Made by a program: the position numbers and the translations under genes. Below are positions 8,196 through 15,920 of a stretch of 64,000 bases of DNA, piece after piece. This DNA is from a virus. Taxonomy: Duplodnaviria > Heunggongvirae > Uroviricota > Caudoviricetes. Position 1 is the stretch's first letter. Every line of letters begins with the position of its first letter. Where the stretch lies: the IMG/VR virus record IMGVR_UViG_3300028789_000005. One strand, given 5' to 3'. The notes under the pieces were generated by a model. The model made no database searches, was not told where the DNA came from, and was given only the letters and a program-made list of their open reading frames with translations.

Positions 8196-8330
8196 ACGTC
8201 GAGGACCTTGCCCGGCTGGCGCGCAGATCTGGCAGTACATGCAGGACGTCGAGGACAGCGGCGAGTGCAAGCCCGACAGCGAGATAAGGGCGGAGAGCGT
8301 GCCGGCAACTCCGGCGAGGTTGAGGTTGTG

Positions 8331-8777
8331 ATGGAGCAGGGCGCGAGGCACCACATGGCAGAGTGGAGTGCACAGCAAGTGCAAAAGGTAGAAGCAAAGT
8401 TGATTCAGAAGGCCCGGGAGCATGGCGCCATACTCTCGTTCGAGAAGCCCAAGAAGCTGCGGCCCACGACCGAGCACGCCGAGGAGTATCAGTCCGACAC
8501 CAATATAGCCGGAACCTACGTGCCGAATATGTCCGAGGCCGACAAGCTGAAGTGGAAGGCCAAGCGCGTGAAGAGCGGGGACGATCCGCGCGTCGAGATT
8601 CGCAAGACGCTTAGCGGCGCTGCTGGGTTGTACGCGCAGGTGCTGCTGGTTGTGCGAAAGGACAGCGTGGTGATGTCGGCCAACGGCAAGATGGGATTCT
8701 CCAACCTGGATTGGATGAACCTGCTGGAAGCCGTGGCCGAGGCGCACGTGGCGCTCCACGAGAAGGAGGCGGTATGA
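8331..8777 (+). CDS. hypothetical protein
   Basis: ORF track 8208..8777 trimmed to the internal ATG at 8331, which overlaps the stop of a short upstream frame (TGATG). The upstream part of the ORF is Arg/Gly-rich, as in an antisense artefact. Confidence 0.4.
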   Translation: MEQGARHHMAEWSAQQVQKVEAKLIQKAREHGAILSFEKPKKLRPTTEHAEEYQSDTNIAGTYVPNMSEADKLKWKAKRVKSGDDPRVEIRKTLSGAAGLYAQVLLVVRKDSVVMSANGKMGFSNLDWMNLLEAVAEAHVALHEKEAV

Positions 8778-8989
8778 GAAGAGCGGACATCTTGTTCTTT
8801 ACGTCGGTGTTCTTGATGGTCGGCGGCATTGTCGAGGAATCGATGGGCCGCGTTTGGCTGGACGACTTGCTCGTGGCGATTCTGTTCGCACTGTTCGGCA
8901 TCGCGCAGCTTATCCACAATGCGTCGTGTGGCACCCAGGTCAGCCATCAGGTGGCCATCACGGTACCAAGGAAGGAGGAGGAGAAGTGA
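8774..8989 (+). CDS. small membrane protein (two hydrophobic helices)
   Basis: ORF track 8711..8989 trimmed to ATG 8774 (ATGA overlap). ILFFTSVFLMVGGIVEE and LLVAILFALFGIAQLI are hydrophobic. Confidence 0.45.
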   Translation: MRRADILFFTSVFLMVGGIVEESMGRVWLDDLLVAILFALFGIAQLIHNASCGTQVSHQVAITVPRKEEEK

Positions 8990-9222
8990 GAGCCCGAGGC
9001 AAGCGCCTGGAAGATATCGACCCGGTATGGCTGTGCTGCGACGCCATGCGCGCGGAAGGCAAGCAGTACGAGTGCCAGGTGATGGAGCTGGAGGGACCGC
9101 CACTCGAGGTGCGAGGCATCTGCAAGTACTGTGGCGTGGAGAAGGTCGGCATAGCCTACAGGATCGTCGGCGAGCCTCGCGGATCATTCATCTTCACCAT
9201 TGACATAGAGGAGGGAACGTGA
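8986..9222 (+). CDS. hypothetical small Cys-containing protein
   Basis: ORF track 8854..9222 trimmed to GTG 8986 (GTGA overlap). CQVMELEGPPLEVRGICKYCG is zinc-ribbon-like. Confidence 0.4.
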   Translation: MRARGKRLEDIDPVWLCCDAMRAEGKQYECQVMELEGPPLEVRGICKYCGVEKVGIAYRIVGEPRGSFIFTIDIEEGT

Positions 9223-9365
9223 AGCGCTGCGCCACGTGCGGTCAACCACTGTACTACGACGGCAAGCGGTGGTGGCACATGTATAATGGTTATATAGGCC
9301 AGGCAACACTGAATCAGTATTTGACGGCGGCTGGACTTCGCTGCTTTGGGAAGGGGAGGCCGTGA
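9219..9365 (+). CDS. hypothetical 48-aa zinc-ribbon-like protein (VKRCATCGQPLYYDGKRWWHMYNGY...)
   Basis: GTG start overlapping the previous stop (GTGA); its stop overlaps the next GTG start. Below the ORF-track cutoff. Confidence 0.3.
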   Translation: MKRCATCGQPLYYDGKRWWHMYNGYIGQATLNQYLTAAGLRCFGKGRP

Positions 9366-9655
9366 AGAAGGCATTCCAGGCCAAGCACATCGATGACAAG
9401 GCAGTCATCAAGGTGATGGTGATCCTTTGTGAAAAGAATCAGCGACGGTCGCCAGACAACCCGTACTTCGCAGTTTGCAGCCGCTGGGAGGTTGTAGATG
9501 CATTTGCGCCCATACCGTGGAAGCTGATTCAGGCCAAGCTCACGGCTCTGCACCGAAAGGGATTTATCACGGACGGCTGCGTCGGGTGCACGTGCTCCAC
9601 CGGCTTCAAGGTCGGCGACGCCGGAATGGCGCTATTGGAACAGCCGCCTGAGTAG
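9362..9655 (+). CDS. hypothetical protein
   Basis: ORF track; GTGA overlap with the previous gene. Confidence 0.45.
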   Translation: MKKAFQAKHIDDKAVIKVMVILCEKNQRRSPDNPYFAVCSRWEVVDAFAPIPWKLIQAKLTALHRKGFITDGCVGCTCSTGFKVGDAGMALLEQPPE

Positions 9656-9667
9656 CTGGCGGGAGTC
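9651..9667. repeat. 17-bp direct repeat AGTAGCTGGCGGGAGTC, left copy
   Basis: Matches 9881-9897 at 16 of 17 positions. The pair brackets a ~230-bp AT-rich insert. Confidence 0.6.
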
Positions 9668-9703
9668 AGCGAGAAGGTTTGCAGAAGAACTGGAGGATGA
9701 GGA

Positions 9704-9865
9704 ATGTTGATTACATATCGAATGTGGATGGTGCTCTTTTGGAGCTCGACAGCAATCCCTCTAGAGCTACTTATGTTCTGGGCGTGGTATTGGCTAGAGC
9801 CAAAATTAGAAGCTAGAAAGCGACGCGGTTATAGGATCGGAAACGCCTTTGATAGTCCAAGATAG
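9704..9865 (+). CDS. small hydrophobic peptide (MLITYRMWMVLFWSSTAIPLELLMFWAWYWLEPKLEARKRRGYRIGNAFDSPR)
   Basis: ATG preceded by GGAGGATGAGGA. Lies inside the AT-rich segment bracketed by the 17-bp direct repeats. Below the ORF-track cutoff. Confidence 0.3.
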   Translation: MLITYRMWMVLFWSSTAIPLELLMFWAWYWLEPKLEARKRRGYRIGNAFDSPR

Positions 9866-9880
9866 GCCCCCACCGACCAA

Positions 9881-9897
9881 AGTAGCTGGCAGGAGTC
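9881..9897. repeat. 17-bp direct repeat AGTAGCTGGCAGGAGTC, right copy
   Basis: See the left copy at 9651-9667. Confidence 0.6.
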
Positions 9898-9936
9898 GTA
9901 CCTGCAATTTCTGTTGGAGCAAGAGGAGGAACTTTC

Positions 9937-10140
9937 GTGAGTGTTACCCGAGATGAAGTAAGGCACGGGAATACGCTGTTGATCCCAGTGAAGGGTCATG
10001 GTATGCAGAAGGTGATGCTGGGAGACGTGAGCAATGGCGTAGCCCTCTACGTTCTCCTCGACATTGAGGATAGTGATTTCTTTACTTTGCCGGTTGAGGA
10101 AATAATGCAGCACGCAGAGCCATCTAAGGAGACCCCATGA
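9937..10140 (+). CDS. hypothetical small protein
   Basis: ORF track; GTG start with AGAGGAGGA 9 nt upstream; lower-GC region. Confidence 0.4.
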   Translation: MSVTRDEVRHGNTLLIPVKGHGMQKVMLGDVSNGVALYVLLDIEDSDFFTLPVEEIMQHAEPSKETP

Positions 10141-10418
10141 AGGCAATAGCACTCTTGATGTTTAGCGTGGCACTCACGGCGGGATGCCAAACCGTAGAGG
10201 ATGACACGTTGTCTGTAGTGAACGCTCGTAAAGCTGAGTATGTTCGCACCCACGATTGCAAAAAGATCGAGTATATTCCTGCCTCTGATACGATGAGCTT
10301 GGACGGCAAGGTCGTGCCCGATACGGGATTTTGGGTCTGGGAATGCAAAGGCATCGGAAACCAAATCTACGTGCACGACACGCCATACCCACCCAAGCCA
10401 GCAGCCCCAAAGCACTAA
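10137..10418 (+). CDS. lipoprotein (signal peptide with lipobox LTAG|C)
   Basis: ORF track. MKAIALLMFSVALTAGCQT is a type II signal peptide. ATGA overlap with the previous gene. Lower GC than neighbours. Confidence 0.55.
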   Translation: MKAIALLMFSVALTAGCQTVEDDTLSVVNARKAEYVRTHDCKKIEYIPASDTMSLDGKVVPDTGFWVWECKGIGNQIYVHDTPYPPKPAAPKH

Positions 10419-10448
10419 CCCCAGCTACGACAAAGGAATGGAGAGACC

Positions 10449-10640
10449 ATGAGCGAGAAGATTTGGATAGCGAAGGACGGATTTCCCGTTGAACACATCG
10501 AGGGACGTTGGTTTACCAACTGGCTGTGCGACCTGATCCACGGTCGAGAATTGATGACGCGGGACGAATGGAATGAGGAGCAGCACAGGCGTCGAGTTGC
10601 GAGTGCACTAATGGGCGGATCATCCACGCGCCTTCCTTGA
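10449..10640 (+). CDS. hypothetical small protein
   Basis: ORF track; AAAGGAATGGAGAG upstream. Confidence 0.4.
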   Translation: MSEKIWIAKDGFPVEHIEGRWFTNWLCDLIHGRELMTRDEWNEEQHRRRVASALMGGSSTRLP

Positions 10641-10691
10641 ACCCCCCGTAGCAAAGAACTGATGCGCTACTGCGTGAAATGAGGAAATGAA

Positions 10692-10916
10692 ATGAGTCTC
10701 GGGACCGAGCCGGTGATTACGGTGAATGGCGTTACGCTTAGCACGGCTGAAGCTATGACGATGCGGGTTGCGCTTGGATCGTTCCTCATCTCCCTTCAGG
10801 AAGGACTGGGAGACGATGAGACCGGGAAATCCATCACTCGTGGGTACAAACGGTGCGCGGATAATATCCACCAATTTATGTTTCGCACACCACCTGAACC
10901 AACACCTAAGCATTAG
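10692..10916 (+). CDS. hypothetical small protein
   Basis: ORF track; GAGGAAATGAA upstream. Confidence 0.4.
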   Translation: MSLGTEPVITVNGVTLSTAEAMTMRVALGSFLISLQEGLGDDETGKSITRGYKRCADNIHQFMFRTPPEPTPKH

Positions 10917-10941
10917 GGGCGTTAGCCCTTGGAGGAGAGAG

Positions 10942-11163
10942 ATGGCAAATGAAGAGTTTCATGGATTGAGTGTTGATCTCACGAATTGCTTGGCGCAACG
11001 CAACCGAGAACTTGCTGAGGCGAAGAAAGCTATCGGAGCTTTGATTGTCACTACGGTATTGCCGAAAGCCGATAAACAAAGAGCCCTAGTTCAAGGACGC
11101 GACTGGCTAAAACGCTACAACGATCGAATGCATCCCCCTCGGTTTGCACCTGAAGCAAAGTAG
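10942..11163 (+). CDS. hypothetical small protein
   Basis: ORF track 10768..11163 trimmed to ATG 10942, with GGAGGAGAGAG upstream. Confidence 0.4.
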   Translation: MANEEFHGLSVDLTNCLAQRNRELAEAKKAIGALIVTTVLPKADKQRALVQGRDWLKRYNDRMHPPRFAPEAK

Positions 11164-11188
11164 TCCCACCACACCATAAGGAGCAGAG

Positions 11189-11827
11189 ATGGCAGACGTA
11201 GAAGAGATGAAGGAATTGTGCGAGTGCGGCTGCCAGAAGGGTTGGCATAGTTTGTCGTCGCAGGAATGGTTGCCATCAAAGTCAGGCTGCCTCTCAGGAT
11301 CAAGGTGCGGCTGCACTAAATTCAAGGCCAAGCTCCCAGCAGATGCTAGCCCCTCAGAGCCGCAGGATGCGTGCGAAGGCGGCAAGTGCTGGCTCAACCC
11401 TGAAAGCGGATGGCTTGAAGCATGTACGAAGCACGAAGGGGTGTTCATGGACAAGATGATGGAGAAAGAGGCAGCCCCAACAGCAGCAGGGAGCGAGGAG
11501 CCGAAGCCGCTCAAGTTCAACCTTGAGAATCCAGGAGAGATGATTGCCGCGTCTGGAGCGGTGAAAGCATTACATGACGCTGGATATAGGGCGGCTCCTG
11601 TGGCATCCCAAGCCCCAGCCCCGAAGCGGCCTGAGGCTATCAAAGATGCTGGATTGGGAAAGAAGTATTGGGCACACGAAGCCGACGCCTACATGGATTA
11701 TCAAGAAGGTCTAGCGAAGCGTCTTTATGTCGCCCTCAACGCGATGAAGATGTACGCAGACGAGGAGCATAAAGGTCTAAAGATAGCCGACGATGTTCTT
11801 AGGGAGTACGAGGCCAACCATGAATAA
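11189..11827 (+). CDS. hypothetical Cys-rich protein
   Basis: ORF track; TAAGGAGCAGAG upstream. The N-terminus has CECGCQKGW...SGCLSGSRCGCTKF...CEGGKCW clusters. Confidence 0.5.
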   Translation: MADVEEMKELCECGCQKGWHSLSSQEWLPSKSGCLSGSRCGCTKFKAKLPADASPSEPQDACEGGKCWLNPESGWLEACTKHEGVFMDKMMEKEAAPTAAGSEEPKPLKFNLENPGEMIAASGAVKALHDAGYRAAPVASQAPAPKRPEAIKDAGLGKKYWAHEADAYMDYQEGLAKRLYVALNAMKMYADEEHKGLKIADDVLREYEANHE

Positions 11828-12002
11828 GCCCCTCACCCCGACACCGAAAACAGAAGCGGAAGTCATTGCTGGCATGGACGATAGTGACCTACTGCTTGCG
11901 GTAATAACTGGTTTTCCTTTCTGCCTTCTGTTTGAAATGGGGCGGTTCGCATTAGCTTGCCGGGAAGAATGGAGTAAGAGACGGAGAAAACCGAATGAAT
12001 AA
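11820..12002 (+). CDS. hypothetical small protein
   Basis: ORF track 11793..12002 trimmed to the ATG at 11820, which overlaps the previous stop. Confidence 0.4.
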   Translation: MNKPLTPTPKTEAEVIAGMDDSDLLLAVITGFPFCLLFEMGRFALACREEWSKRRRKPNE

Positions 12003-12119
12003 GACCCTAGCTGTTGCAGATTCTTGGCACCGCCAACGAGCACATCTACGGTGTGTGGCACGACGCGCGTGGAGGAAGACAATGAAAGAAATTAAAACGA
12101 CGCATGTAAAGAGGATACC

Positions 12120-12407
12120 ATGACACTGCTACTGCACGGCGCGCTCCTACTCGGGCTATCCACGCAACCCAACAATCATCACGACCCGTTCTGGAGCTAC
12201 GACCCGTCGGCCAACGAACTGGAGTATTGGATCGCCCCGGCTGGCGAGGCATACCATACGTGCGGCTTCGTGTCGGCGTACCACGGCATGTTTATGGCCG
12301 ACGCGCTATATAGCGGAGGCGCGAAGGACTCGGTTTCGAGGGAGTTCAACGTCGTGGACAAGGCGGAGGAGTTCGTGGAGTACCAGTGCGACGCGAGGAG
12401 GGACTGA
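12120..12407 (+). CDS. hypothetical protein
   Basis: ORF track; AAAGAGGATACC upstream. Confidence 0.45.
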   Translation: MTLLLHGALLLGLSTQPNNHHDPFWSYDPSANELEYWIAPAGEAYHTCGFVSAYHGMFMADALYSGGAKDSVSREFNVVDKAEEFVEYQCDARRD

Positions 12408-12652
12408 TGAGCGAAGTTGTCGTGAGAGTGGACAAACCAAAGCAACGATGTGTGAACGCCAGAGGCCTGATATTTGTAGATGGACGCGACGCGCCGTGCC
12501 AAAGACGCTTGTCGGTGAGTTGTTTCTGGATGCTGCGCTACAAGAGGACGCAAGGAATGGCTACGTGCCGTGGATCGAGGAGAAGTGATGGCGAAACTAG
12601 GAATGCGCGGCATTGTGGAAGCGAAGGTAACGATGGAAATTACGGAAGCTGA
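12407..12652 (+). CDS. hypothetical protein (coding frame ambiguous)
   Basis: ORF track 12386..12652 trimmed to ATG 12407 (TGATG overlap). An alternative frame, 12448..12588 (MCERQRPDICRWTRRAVPKTLVGELFLDAALQEDARNGYVPWIEEK), ends in a TGATG overlap with the next gene and looks at least as protein-like. GC3 does not discriminate. Confidence 0.2.
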   Translation: MSEVVVRVDKPKQRCVNARGLIFVDGRDAPCQRRLSVSCFWMLRYKRTQGMATCRGSRRSDGETRNARHCGSEGNDGNYGS

Positions 12653-12869
12653 GGCCGGCGCGCTGGACGCACTGGTCGGATACGGCTTCGAGCCGTTCAA
12701 GAAGGTGTTCTACGAGAAGCTGGGCGCGGCGTACATGGAGCCGTACGAGGCCGGTCTGAAGTCACTGTTCGAGTCCGTGCGCGGAGGAGAGGCCGGCGTC
12801 AGCGGCTTCTTGCAGCGCGCCAAAGCCGCTCGGGCGGTGATGAACGGCACTTTGGAGGCGAGGAAATGA
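12588..12869 (+). CDS. hypothetical protein
   Basis: ORF track 12570..12869 trimmed to ATG 12588. Confidence 0.45.
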   Translation: MAKLGMRGIVEAKVTMEITEAEAGALDALVGYGFEPFKKVFYEKLGAAYMEPYEAGLKSLFESVRGGEAGVSGFLQRAKAARAVMNGTLEARK

Positions 12870-13111
12870 GCAAATGGGCAACAAGGAACTTGCCGCGACC
12901 GAATGCGTTCATCCAGTGGAAGGGTACCAATGTCTGCATGGACGTGTACTGCATTTGCGGCGAGCAATTCCACATAGACGCTGATTTCGCATATGCTGTT
13001 CGCTGTTGCCACTGCGGCAGAACGTATGAGATGTCGGCCATGATCGAGATGCGAGAGTTGAAGGATGGCGAGGTCTGGAAAGGCTGCGCGCCGAGGGAGG
13101 ATAAGGGATGA
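12866..13111 (+). CDS. hypothetical zinc-ribbon protein
   Basis: ORF track; ATGA overlap. CMDVYCICGEQF...CCHCGRTYE has four Cys pairs. Confidence 0.45.
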   Translation: MSKWATRNLPRPNAFIQWKGTNVCMDVYCICGEQFHIDADFAYAVRCCHCGRTYEMSAMIEMRELKDGEVWKGCAPREDKG

Positions 13112-13389
13112 CATTTGAGATGCTTTGCTGGGGCGAGAACACCGAGCTCCGGTTGCTGGACGAGATAGGCTGCTGCAGGCAGGTATGGGTGAAAACCGTT
13201 CCGGCGGTCTTCACGGTGGCCGTGGAGTTTCCTGTCAACGCCAAGGTGCTGTTCTGGGCCATGGTACTGCGCAGCGAACCGCCTTACATCGGCGGTGTGT
13301 GGGCGCACATGCATCCGTACACTGTCGGCCGCGAACTGCTGCTTGTCGAGGCCAGGAAGGAGCTAGAGAATGCCGGAGTCAAAGCGTGA
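13108..13389 (+). CDS. hypothetical protein
   Basis: ORF track; ATGA overlap. Confidence 0.45.
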   Translation: MTFEMLCWGENTELRLLDEIGCCRQVWVKTVPAVFTVAVEFPVNAKVLFWAMVLRSEPPYIGGVWAHMHPYTVGRELLLVEARKELENAGVKA

Positions 13390-13600
13390 CCTTTGGATCG
13401 TGGAGTTGCAACGCGAAGAAGGAGAAGCGGTGCTGTCCGTGTTGGACACTCACCAGAAGGCGCACGGCTGGTACGACCACACTTGCGCTCTTTGCAGGGC
13501 GCGGTCTCGCGTATCTATTGGGCGCGACTACACCGCGCTGCAAGGGCTGACGCCCGAGGCGAAGAAGCAGGTAAAGGAGGAGTTGGAATGGCCGACCTAA
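13370..13600 (+). CDS. hypothetical protein
   Basis: ORF track; GGAAGGAG upstream. Confidence 0.4.
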   Translation: MPESKRDLWIVELQREEGEAVLSVLDTHQKAHGWYDHTCALCRARSRVSIGRDYTALQGLTPEAKKQVKEELEWPT

Positions 13601-13848
13601 GTAGGAGAGGCTTCATCGGCCTGTTCGCGGCCTCCACCACGGCGTACTTCCTACCGCCGCTGCGTGGCTGGACGACCGCGCCGTCTGGGCTCGTCTTCCT
13701 GGAAACAAAGCTAGAAGTGCTGAGCGAGCGTTTGTGCATGCCGTTGGGTTACGTATACACGCTGAACAGTCTTACGAGAATGCTTGGAGAATCAGATACA
13801 GAGCTTAGAAGGAGGCACCATGAAGCAATTGACGGAAGAGCAGATTGA
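13588..13848 (+). CDS. small protein with a twin-arginine (Tat)-like N-terminus
   Basis: ORF track 13393..13848 trimmed to ATG 13588. MADLSRRGFIGLFAASTTAYFLPP matches the S-R-R-x-F-L/I pattern followed by a hydrophobic h-region. Confidence 0.35.
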   Translation: MADLSRRGFIGLFAASTTAYFLPPLRGWTTAPSGLVFLETKLEVLSERLCMPLGYVYTLNSLTRMLGESDTELRRRHHEAIDGRAD

Positions 13849-14236
13849 GGCGGCAGCGAAGGCGGCGTACGAGGTTTGGCATGGCATGGCATACCTGTCT
13901 AAGTGCCCTTGGAGTGAAAACAATGCTGAGTTTAAAGAACGGTGGTACGTGCGGGTTCGGGCCACGGTGCCGTTCCTGCAGCTGCCGTGGGAGGACATCA
14001 CGGAAGTAGAGCGGTCTAACTGGCTGAGCTACCTGCGTAGAAAGGCGGTGTACGATGTAGATTGGGAGGATCTTGGCAGGCTGCTGAACGGATTCATAAC
14101 CGACCGCAACAACAAGCTGCTGCCCAAGAAGCCAAACCCAGTGGTGCGGCAGATCGCGGAGCGGCTGGCAGGGCAGGTGCTGTCGGAGGACGCTGCCAAG
14201 ACGCTGCACGAGCTCATCACTGCGAGGACGCGATGA
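13820..14236 (+). CDS. hypothetical protein
   Basis: ORF track 13784..14236 trimmed to ATG 13820, with AGAAGGAGG upstream. Confidence 0.45.
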   Translation: MKQLTEEQIEAAAKAAYEVWHGMAYLSKCPWSENNAEFKERWYVRVRATVPFLQLPWEDITEVERSNWLSYLRRKAVYDVDWEDLGRLLNGFITDRNNKLLPKKPNPVVRQIAERLAGQVLSEDAAKTLHELITARTR

Positions 14237-14763
14237 GGCCGGCAAGGACGTGGCTGATCACGGACACGCACTTCAACCACGACATGCTGGTGCGCGAGGG
14301 TCATAGACCGGCCGACTTCCAGGAGCGGGTGATTGCCAATTGGCGCAAACTGGTAAGCCTTGAAGACCTTGTATTCCACCTTGGAGACGTCATACTGGGC
14401 AAGAACGGAACGTTGTTCAACATTTTGGTGCATCTGCCTGGCAAGAAGGTGCTTGTGCGAGGCAACCATGACCACGAGTCGAATGGCTGGTACATGCGGA
14501 ACGGCTTCCAGTTCGTCGCGCAGGGCATCCTGCATGGCGGAGTCTGGCTGACGCACGCGCCGCAGGTCACGCTGCCCGACGGGGCGGTGCTGAACGTGCA
14601 CGGCCACCTGCACACGCTGGAACTCGAACTACCGAAGCATTGCAAGCTGTTGTCATTGGAGCGCGAGAACTACGCACCGGTCGAATTCAATTCGTTCGTG
14701 GGATTCAGTCCCATGACGCGCAAGCTGCTGGGAACCACGGACGAAGAAGGAGATACCGATTGA
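14233..14763 (+). CDS. calcineurin-like metallophosphoesterase (Ser/Thr phosphatase-like)
   Basis: ORF track 14062..14763 trimmed to ATG 14233 (ATGA overlap). The motifs LITDTHFNHD, HLGDVIL and VRGNHDHE match the metallophosphoesterase DxH / GD / GNH(D/E) signature. Confidence 0.6.
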   Translation: MRPARTWLITDTHFNHDMLVREGHRPADFQERVIANWRKLVSLEDLVFHLGDVILGKNGTLFNILVHLPGKKVLVRGNHDHESNGWYMRNGFQFVAQGILHGGVWLTHAPQVTLPDGAVLNVHGHLHTLELELPKHCKLLSLERENYAPVEFNSFVGFSPMTRKLLGTTDEEGDTD

Positions 14764-14936
14764 TGGACTTCTTGTTCGACCATCCGATCGTCGTGTTGAC
14801 GGCGTTCATCTTCAGCCTGCTGACGGTGGCCAACATCTGGAGCAATTTCTGCGACTTGATGGTGAAGCTGCGCTGGGAAGGAGCCGCCAATGCCAAGCTC
14901 GACAAGAAAGACGACGACCAAGCCGGTACTGCCTAA
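14763..14936 (+). CDS. small membrane protein
   Basis: ORF track 14640..14936 trimmed to ATG 14763. PIVVLTAFIFSLLTVANIW is hydrophobic. Confidence 0.35.
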   Translation: MDFLFDHPIVVLTAFIFSLLTVANIWSNFCDLMVKLRWEGAANAKLDKKDDDQAGTA

Positions 14937-15051
14937 GCTTCCGAGCGTCTGCACCGCGTGCTCGGGCACCGGCGTGGTCACCTGCGCCCAGTTCGAGCAG
15001 ATCGTCAAGAAGCACTGCCTGTTCTGCGGCGGGAAGGGTACGAGGTTATGA
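14890..15051 (+). CDS. possible 53-aa DnaJ-type zinc-finger mini-protein (CTACSGTG...CLFCGGKG)
   Basis: Alternate frame carrying two CxxCxGxG motifs. Its stop forms an ATGA overlap with the next gene. It overlaps the C-terminus of the gene at 14763..14936. Below the ORF-track cutoff. Confidence 0.25.
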   Translation: MPSSTRKTTTKPVLPKLPSVCTACSGTGVVTCAQFEQIVKKHCLFCGGKGTRL

Positions 15052-15218
15052 GTGACGTGTTAAAGGAGCTTGTGCCGGAGGAGCGCGTGTTGGAGCTGAT
15101 TGAGGCTTCGGAAGCGTACCCCGGTTATACCAAAGTGATAGACGCCAGCGCCGCTTACAATGACGTGGCCATGCTTCTACACGAACTGCTAGAGCGACGT
15201 AAGGAGGCCGTAAAATGA
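15048..15218 (+). CDS. hypothetical small protein
   Basis: ORF track 14958..15218 trimmed to ATG 15048. Confidence 0.4.
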   Translation: MSDVLKELVPEERVLELIEASEAYPGYTKVIDASAAYNDVAMLLHELLERRKEAVK

Positions 15219-15400
15219 GGATCGAGGCCGTCGAAGAGGCGAAGGTCGCCGCGAGAAGGTTTCTCACACTCGCAGACATGTTAACTTACAGAACAGGCGG
15301 CGACGCAAACTGGGTGGATTCATCGCCGAAGCTCACCGGAGCGCTGCGGCGCGCGTCCATGGACCTTACGCGAGCGCTGGCGGAAATGAGGAAACTGTGA
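15215..15400 (+). CDS. hypothetical small protein
   Basis: ORF track; ATGA overlap. Confidence 0.4.
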   Translation: MRIEAVEEAKVAARRFLTLADMLTYRTGGDANWVDSSPKLTGALRRASMDLTRALAEMRKL

Positions 15401-15402
15401 TT

Positions 15403-15522
15403 ATGCCTCTGGTCGTAGTCGTTGTCGCGCTGGCGGCGGTTGGCGTATTTGCCGTCGTGGCGTTCGTAATGTTGCTGTTCGCGGTCTTGATCGCGTCGAA
15501 GTGGGCTGGGTGGGATGATTGA
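15403..15522 (+). CDS. 39-aa hydrophobic peptide (MPLVVVVVALAAVGVFAVVAFVMLLFAVLIASKWAGWDD)
   Basis: ATG 3 nt after the previous stop; a single TM-like segment. Below the ORF-track cutoff. Confidence 0.3.
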   Translation: MPLVVVVVALAAVGVFAVVAFVMLLFAVLIASKWAGWDD

Positions 15523-15546
15523 CCCTGGAAGCGCCTAGCTTATAAT
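15519..15546 (+). promoter_or_regulatory. sigma70-type promoter TTGACC-16 bp-TATAAT
   Basis: Seen directly: ttgacc (15519-15524), a 16-nt spacer, tataat (15541-15546). The downstream ATG at 15578 is preceded by CAAGGAGAACC. Confidence 0.6.
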
Positions 15547-15577
15547 TAATTCACTAAGCAACCAGACAAGGAGAACC

Positions 15578-15754
15578 ATGAAGAACATTCAGTACATCGA
15601 GCGCGCAGAAAGCACCAATCGCACTTGTGCAGTCTGTACCTCGTCAGCCATTCGCTTCGGTTACACGCAAAGTAAAGCCAGTAAGAAGCCTAACCCTTCC
15701 GCTCGTACGCCACTTTGTCTGGCACACGCTGTCACTGGACCCGTAGCGGTCTAG
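15578..15754 (+). CDS. hypothetical 58-aa protein
   Basis: ATG with CAAGGAGAACC upstream, directly downstream of the strong promoter. Below the ORF-track cutoff. Confidence 0.35.
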   Translation: MKNIQYIERAESTNRTCAVCTSSAIRFGYTQSKASKKPNPSARTPLCLAHAVTGPVAV

Positions 15755-15776
15755 CCACCAAGCAAGGAGCAGCGGT

Positions 15777-15920
15777 ATGAGAAACGAGCTGTATGAGCCG
15801 TACAAGATCGGCGCGGATTGGTACTTCGACTGCAGGGCCGGAAGGCGCGGACCGTTCGTGTCGGAGCAGCGTTGCGTAGAAGCGGCAGCGAGCAGGCAGG
15901 AAGCGGAGGAGATGGCGTGA
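15777..15920 (+). CDS. hypothetical 47-aa protein encoded immediately upstream of the Fic gene (MRNELYEPYKIGADWYFDCRAGRRGPFVSEQRCVEAAASRQEAEEMA)
   Basis: ATG with CAAGGAGCAGCGGT upstream; its stop overlaps the GTG start of the Fic gene (GTGA). Confidence 0.35.
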   Translation: MRNELYEPYKIGADWYFDCRAGRRGPFVSEQRCVEAAASRQEAEEMA

